Shown: positions 60,556 through 64,000 of the stretch, piece after piece
Layout: every line of letters begins with the position of its first letter
Numbering within the stretch: the stretch's first letter is position 1
NCBI GenBank assembly: GCA_002189035.1
Contig: NEEC01000002.1
Coordinates: forward strand, 1,550,001-1,614,000
Length of the DNA stretch: 64,000 nt
Direction of reading: 5' to 3'
Origin: Utricularia gibba
Taxonomy: Eukaryota > Plantae > Magnoliophyta
Notes under the pieces: generated by a model
The model's input: the letters and a program-made list of their open reading frames with translations, nothing else
Told to the model about the DNA's origin: nothing
Databases searched by the model: none
Translations under genes and position numbers: made by a program

Positions 60556-63500
60556 TCATGGATTCGAGGCAAAATGGTTGAATATCGTTTCAAGTGTTGA
60601 TTGGCTTACACTGTACTCAGCTATCCCCAGCGCGTCCCTGTAAAACCATTTTGAAGAAAGCAGGTGGGTGGTAGGTAGGTAGGTTCTCCAAAGAACTGAA
60701 AACGGTGGTTTCATGACACAACAATGTAGAAGGTTTACCTGTTCCTTTCTATGTGCCCAAAAACATCCGCAAGGCTGAGGCCCTTGTCGAATCGGAGCTG
60801 CATGACCAAAAAAGGAGTGATTCATGTGTTATCCGGCGCTCGTAATCTTGGTGAAAGCAATCTACCTGATATTTCAGGCTCAAGCCATCGCAACCTTGAT
60901 ATGTAGCGCCAAAGAAGGATGACTGAATGAAAGAGTCAATTGCTGAAAACTTTTCTTTGGTTAGCCACCACTCTGAAAACACTGAAAGATGAATGCCACC
61001 TGATGATCATATTCACGATGTCAGGATGCAGTTTGACCCTGCTGGAATGAAGATTTAAAATTCGCACGAAAGAAATAAATCCAGATTCTGGCTCCATCCA
61101 GAATGTGTGTTTCAGAAATTCTACTATGATGGGTATTAGAGAGGAAAAGGGAGAAAAAATTTTCACTTACCGTCACGAAGCAACTGCTCAGTAAGTTGTT
61201 GGGAAAAATCACTGGAAGTATTGCTGACAGAAGACTCAGCCTTTTCTCCATCCAGCCACTGACAAATTGATGCAACCATCTCATCGGTTAAACTAATCTC
61301 TGGAGTACTTTCGGTGGCACTGCTTCCTACCCCACCTCCCAAACAAACTTCAAGGTCATCTAACATGCTTCGTTGGTGATACGCAACACCAAAAAGCTTG
61401 TCTTTAATTGTTTGGTACAAGTTCTTCAAGTCCAATGGATTAACTTCAGTAGGTTTAACCTGAGAAATGGGAAGCAAAGAATGTAAGAATTTGCAGTTAT
61501 CATCAAACTTGGGGAAACGCTATCATAGAAATAATGTCTCCAATTTTCACCTGCAATTCAAGATGATTCCCGAATCTGTTTTTCAAATGCTGAGGGCTGC
61601 CAATGCATCTTAGCCTGCCACCAACCTACACTTCAACCAAACGTAAGATCAATTTTCTTTTTGGATGCAATTCCAAAGATATGTGATCCACGAAACCAAA
61701 CCATTATGCCAATTCTGGTGCAGAGTGCTTGAGCTTCGTTCATACTGTGGGTAGTTAGAATAACTGCTGTCTTTCCCCCTCTAGTTGAAAGGCGAGATAT
61801 AACTTCCCACATGAATCTTTTTGCCATCGGATCCATTCCTATCGTGTCAGAGGAGTACCAGAGACTGTAAAGGTTTCTTCCATGTAATTAAGTAGCCAAT
61901 CAAAAATAGGAAAGATAAAGTACCGGTAGATGGCTCATCAAGGATGACAAGTGGAGGATCCCCTATCATTGCAATCGCCACGGACAGCTTGCGCTTGTTG
62001 CCCCCACTTAGCATATATGCGGGCTTATCCGCATGCTTCAACAAGTCAAACTCATCTAACTTCTCCAATACAACCTACAATTGGACAAGCTCCTATTGTA
62101 GTCTTACACATTTGGCCAGAGAGGTTCTGCCAAGCTCCTATTTTAGGGAGAAAAAATGGCATGAATTAAAATGGTTCTACGAATGCTTACACGTTGCAGA
62201 TCATACTCCTCGACTCCTTTTATTCTTGCAAAAAGCTCAAGGTGTTCTCGAGGTGTAACAAACTCGAGAAGAGCATCAAATTGGGGACAATACCCAATCT
62301 ATATGGCAGAAATATGACTAATAAACAGTAGAATAAACAGGGTAACCAAAAATAAATGCCATCAAGAAAAACTATTCCAATTTTTACCATATGCAAAGGG
62401 TTAAAGGTAACATATTAAATGCATAAGTGCCTCACATGTTTGCGGGATGCCTTAGGGTTCAGTCTTATATCTTTACCAAATATATATGCCGTCCCATCAG
62501 TTGGGAGCTCTTCTCCTACAGTAGATGGATGTGCAATCAATCATGCCACATATACGCAAAGATAATGCTTTTTCAGATTTCAACATCATTTTAATGAAGA
62601 ACCACTAGATAATAACACAGAGCAGCTGTATTATATAATAAAGGTGCATATGAAACATTTTTTTCTCCAATAATTTTCTTCTACGCAACATATATTTCTG
62701 AAGAATTCTCCAAAAATTTTCTTTCTTACCAGTGAGCATTGACAAGGTAGTTGTTTTTCCTGCTCCATTAGTTCCCAGAAAACCAAAACATTCACCTTGT
62801 TGAACAGAGAAAGCCAAAGACTCTACGGCTACTTTTGGGGCACGGTGCTTCCAACTAGAATAAACCTGAAATCATTGAAATAACCAAATAATTTCAAGGA
62901 CTTGTGGTCTGAAAATGACACAAATTTCACAAGACGAAGAGTTGGCTGGCACCTTCCGAAGATTGCATAAGCAGGCAACTGCACCGCTACCACTGCCTGA
63001 AAGCACCTTTTCCCTTTCAATTTGGACATCAACGTCCTCAACATAATCTTCAACTGGTATCTTCTTAAAAAGAGGTTCTGAAGAGCTAGTGGAAGATATG
63101 CAAATTCTTTTTACCAAGCTGGTCCATATTCCAGATGCTACTGATAGAAATATCTTGTCAGGGAGTACTTCGAGAACTAACGTCAAGAGAAAGTAAATGA
63201 TGGCCTGCACCAAACAGAGAAAATATTGTTTAACTAAAGTAATTTTTAGTTATACCCAAAAAGGCAGAAATGGATAATCGCGAGAAAGAAATGCCAAACG
63301 TAGGGCATGACAAGAGAAGTACATGAAATTATATCTTTATACAATAACCTCGAATGCCAGATAAACTACAGAGCCACCAGTGATATTCCATGCATAAATC
63401 GTATCACTGAGCCTTCCTTTCACCCCTCCTTGCAAAAGAGCTAATGACGCCAATCCATCAGCAAAGCAAAATCCTGGTGACAATCTGAAGAAATTCTGAG

Positions 63501-64000
63501 AATAAAACAAAGAGCAATTATCACCCCGTGACTATTTTACTAGATAAGGCAATAATTTAAGAGGACATTCCTGTAACCTTGAGAATTGAATTGGTTCTTG
63601 CAGTAGAGTCTAATAGCCCCATGATGAACGATATGGCCATGAGAACAATCCCAGTAAAAATTTGAATCAAGAGCACGACATTCTGGATTCAATACAAATA
63701 TATTCACATTTCTAGCAGACCAAACTTTGGAAGTTCATAATTATGAAATGCATACCTGTGCCATGCTGTGTTCATTAAAGAAAAAAGTGAGACAGTAAGT
63801 TGAGGATGCCAATGATGCTCCATATCCAAGGAAAATGAGTGTAGTTGGGAGAAGGGAGTCTCTCCCAATGAATTGATCCAGGCCTGCATGCAGATGTGCT
63901 GAAGAATCTCAAGCATACATACAGCTTCACACAAACAGTATATTATAACGGCAATGCTTTCAAAAAAAAAAAAAAAAAGAGGATGCAATAGCTACTAGAA
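60556..64000 (-). CDS. ABCA1: ABC transporter A family member 1, 3' part (continues beyond the window), multi-exon
   Basis: Second NBD: [48 protein letters not shown]|[32 protein letters not shown]-terminus [17 protein letters not shown], with stop at 60558-60556. Confidence 0.95.

Overview
Gene-dense eudicot nuclear DNA (protein style suggests Lamiales; inference), with spliceosomal introns throughout. I found no rRNA, tRNA or CRISPR array. The first ~17 kb is an accessory, TE-rich region: a degenerate PIF/Harbinger element (1911-5282) carrying a Myb/SANT ORF and an intron-containing FCP1/HAD phosphatase-like cargo gene but no recognisable transposase, two convergent ankyrin-TM genes, and a decayed hAT element. 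From 17.9 kb on come conserved genes: hyccin, LNK1, a SAUR relic, Pumilio (APUM7-like), a coiled-coil protein, PP2C, an unexplained 3.5 kb stretch with a long hairpin, a glutaredoxin-like protein, lycopene beta-cyclase, a 67-aa CYSTM peptide, CML35/36-like, GNAT+BRCT, an uncharacterised protein, MAM33, a zeatin-O-glucosyltransferase-like UGT, TFIIB, a PLS-E PPR and the 3' part of ABCA1. Four genes are broken by the same kind of lesion, one base missing in a homopolymer run, most likely assembly error. All identifications come from reading motifs by eye and from memory of the families; no database search was run.
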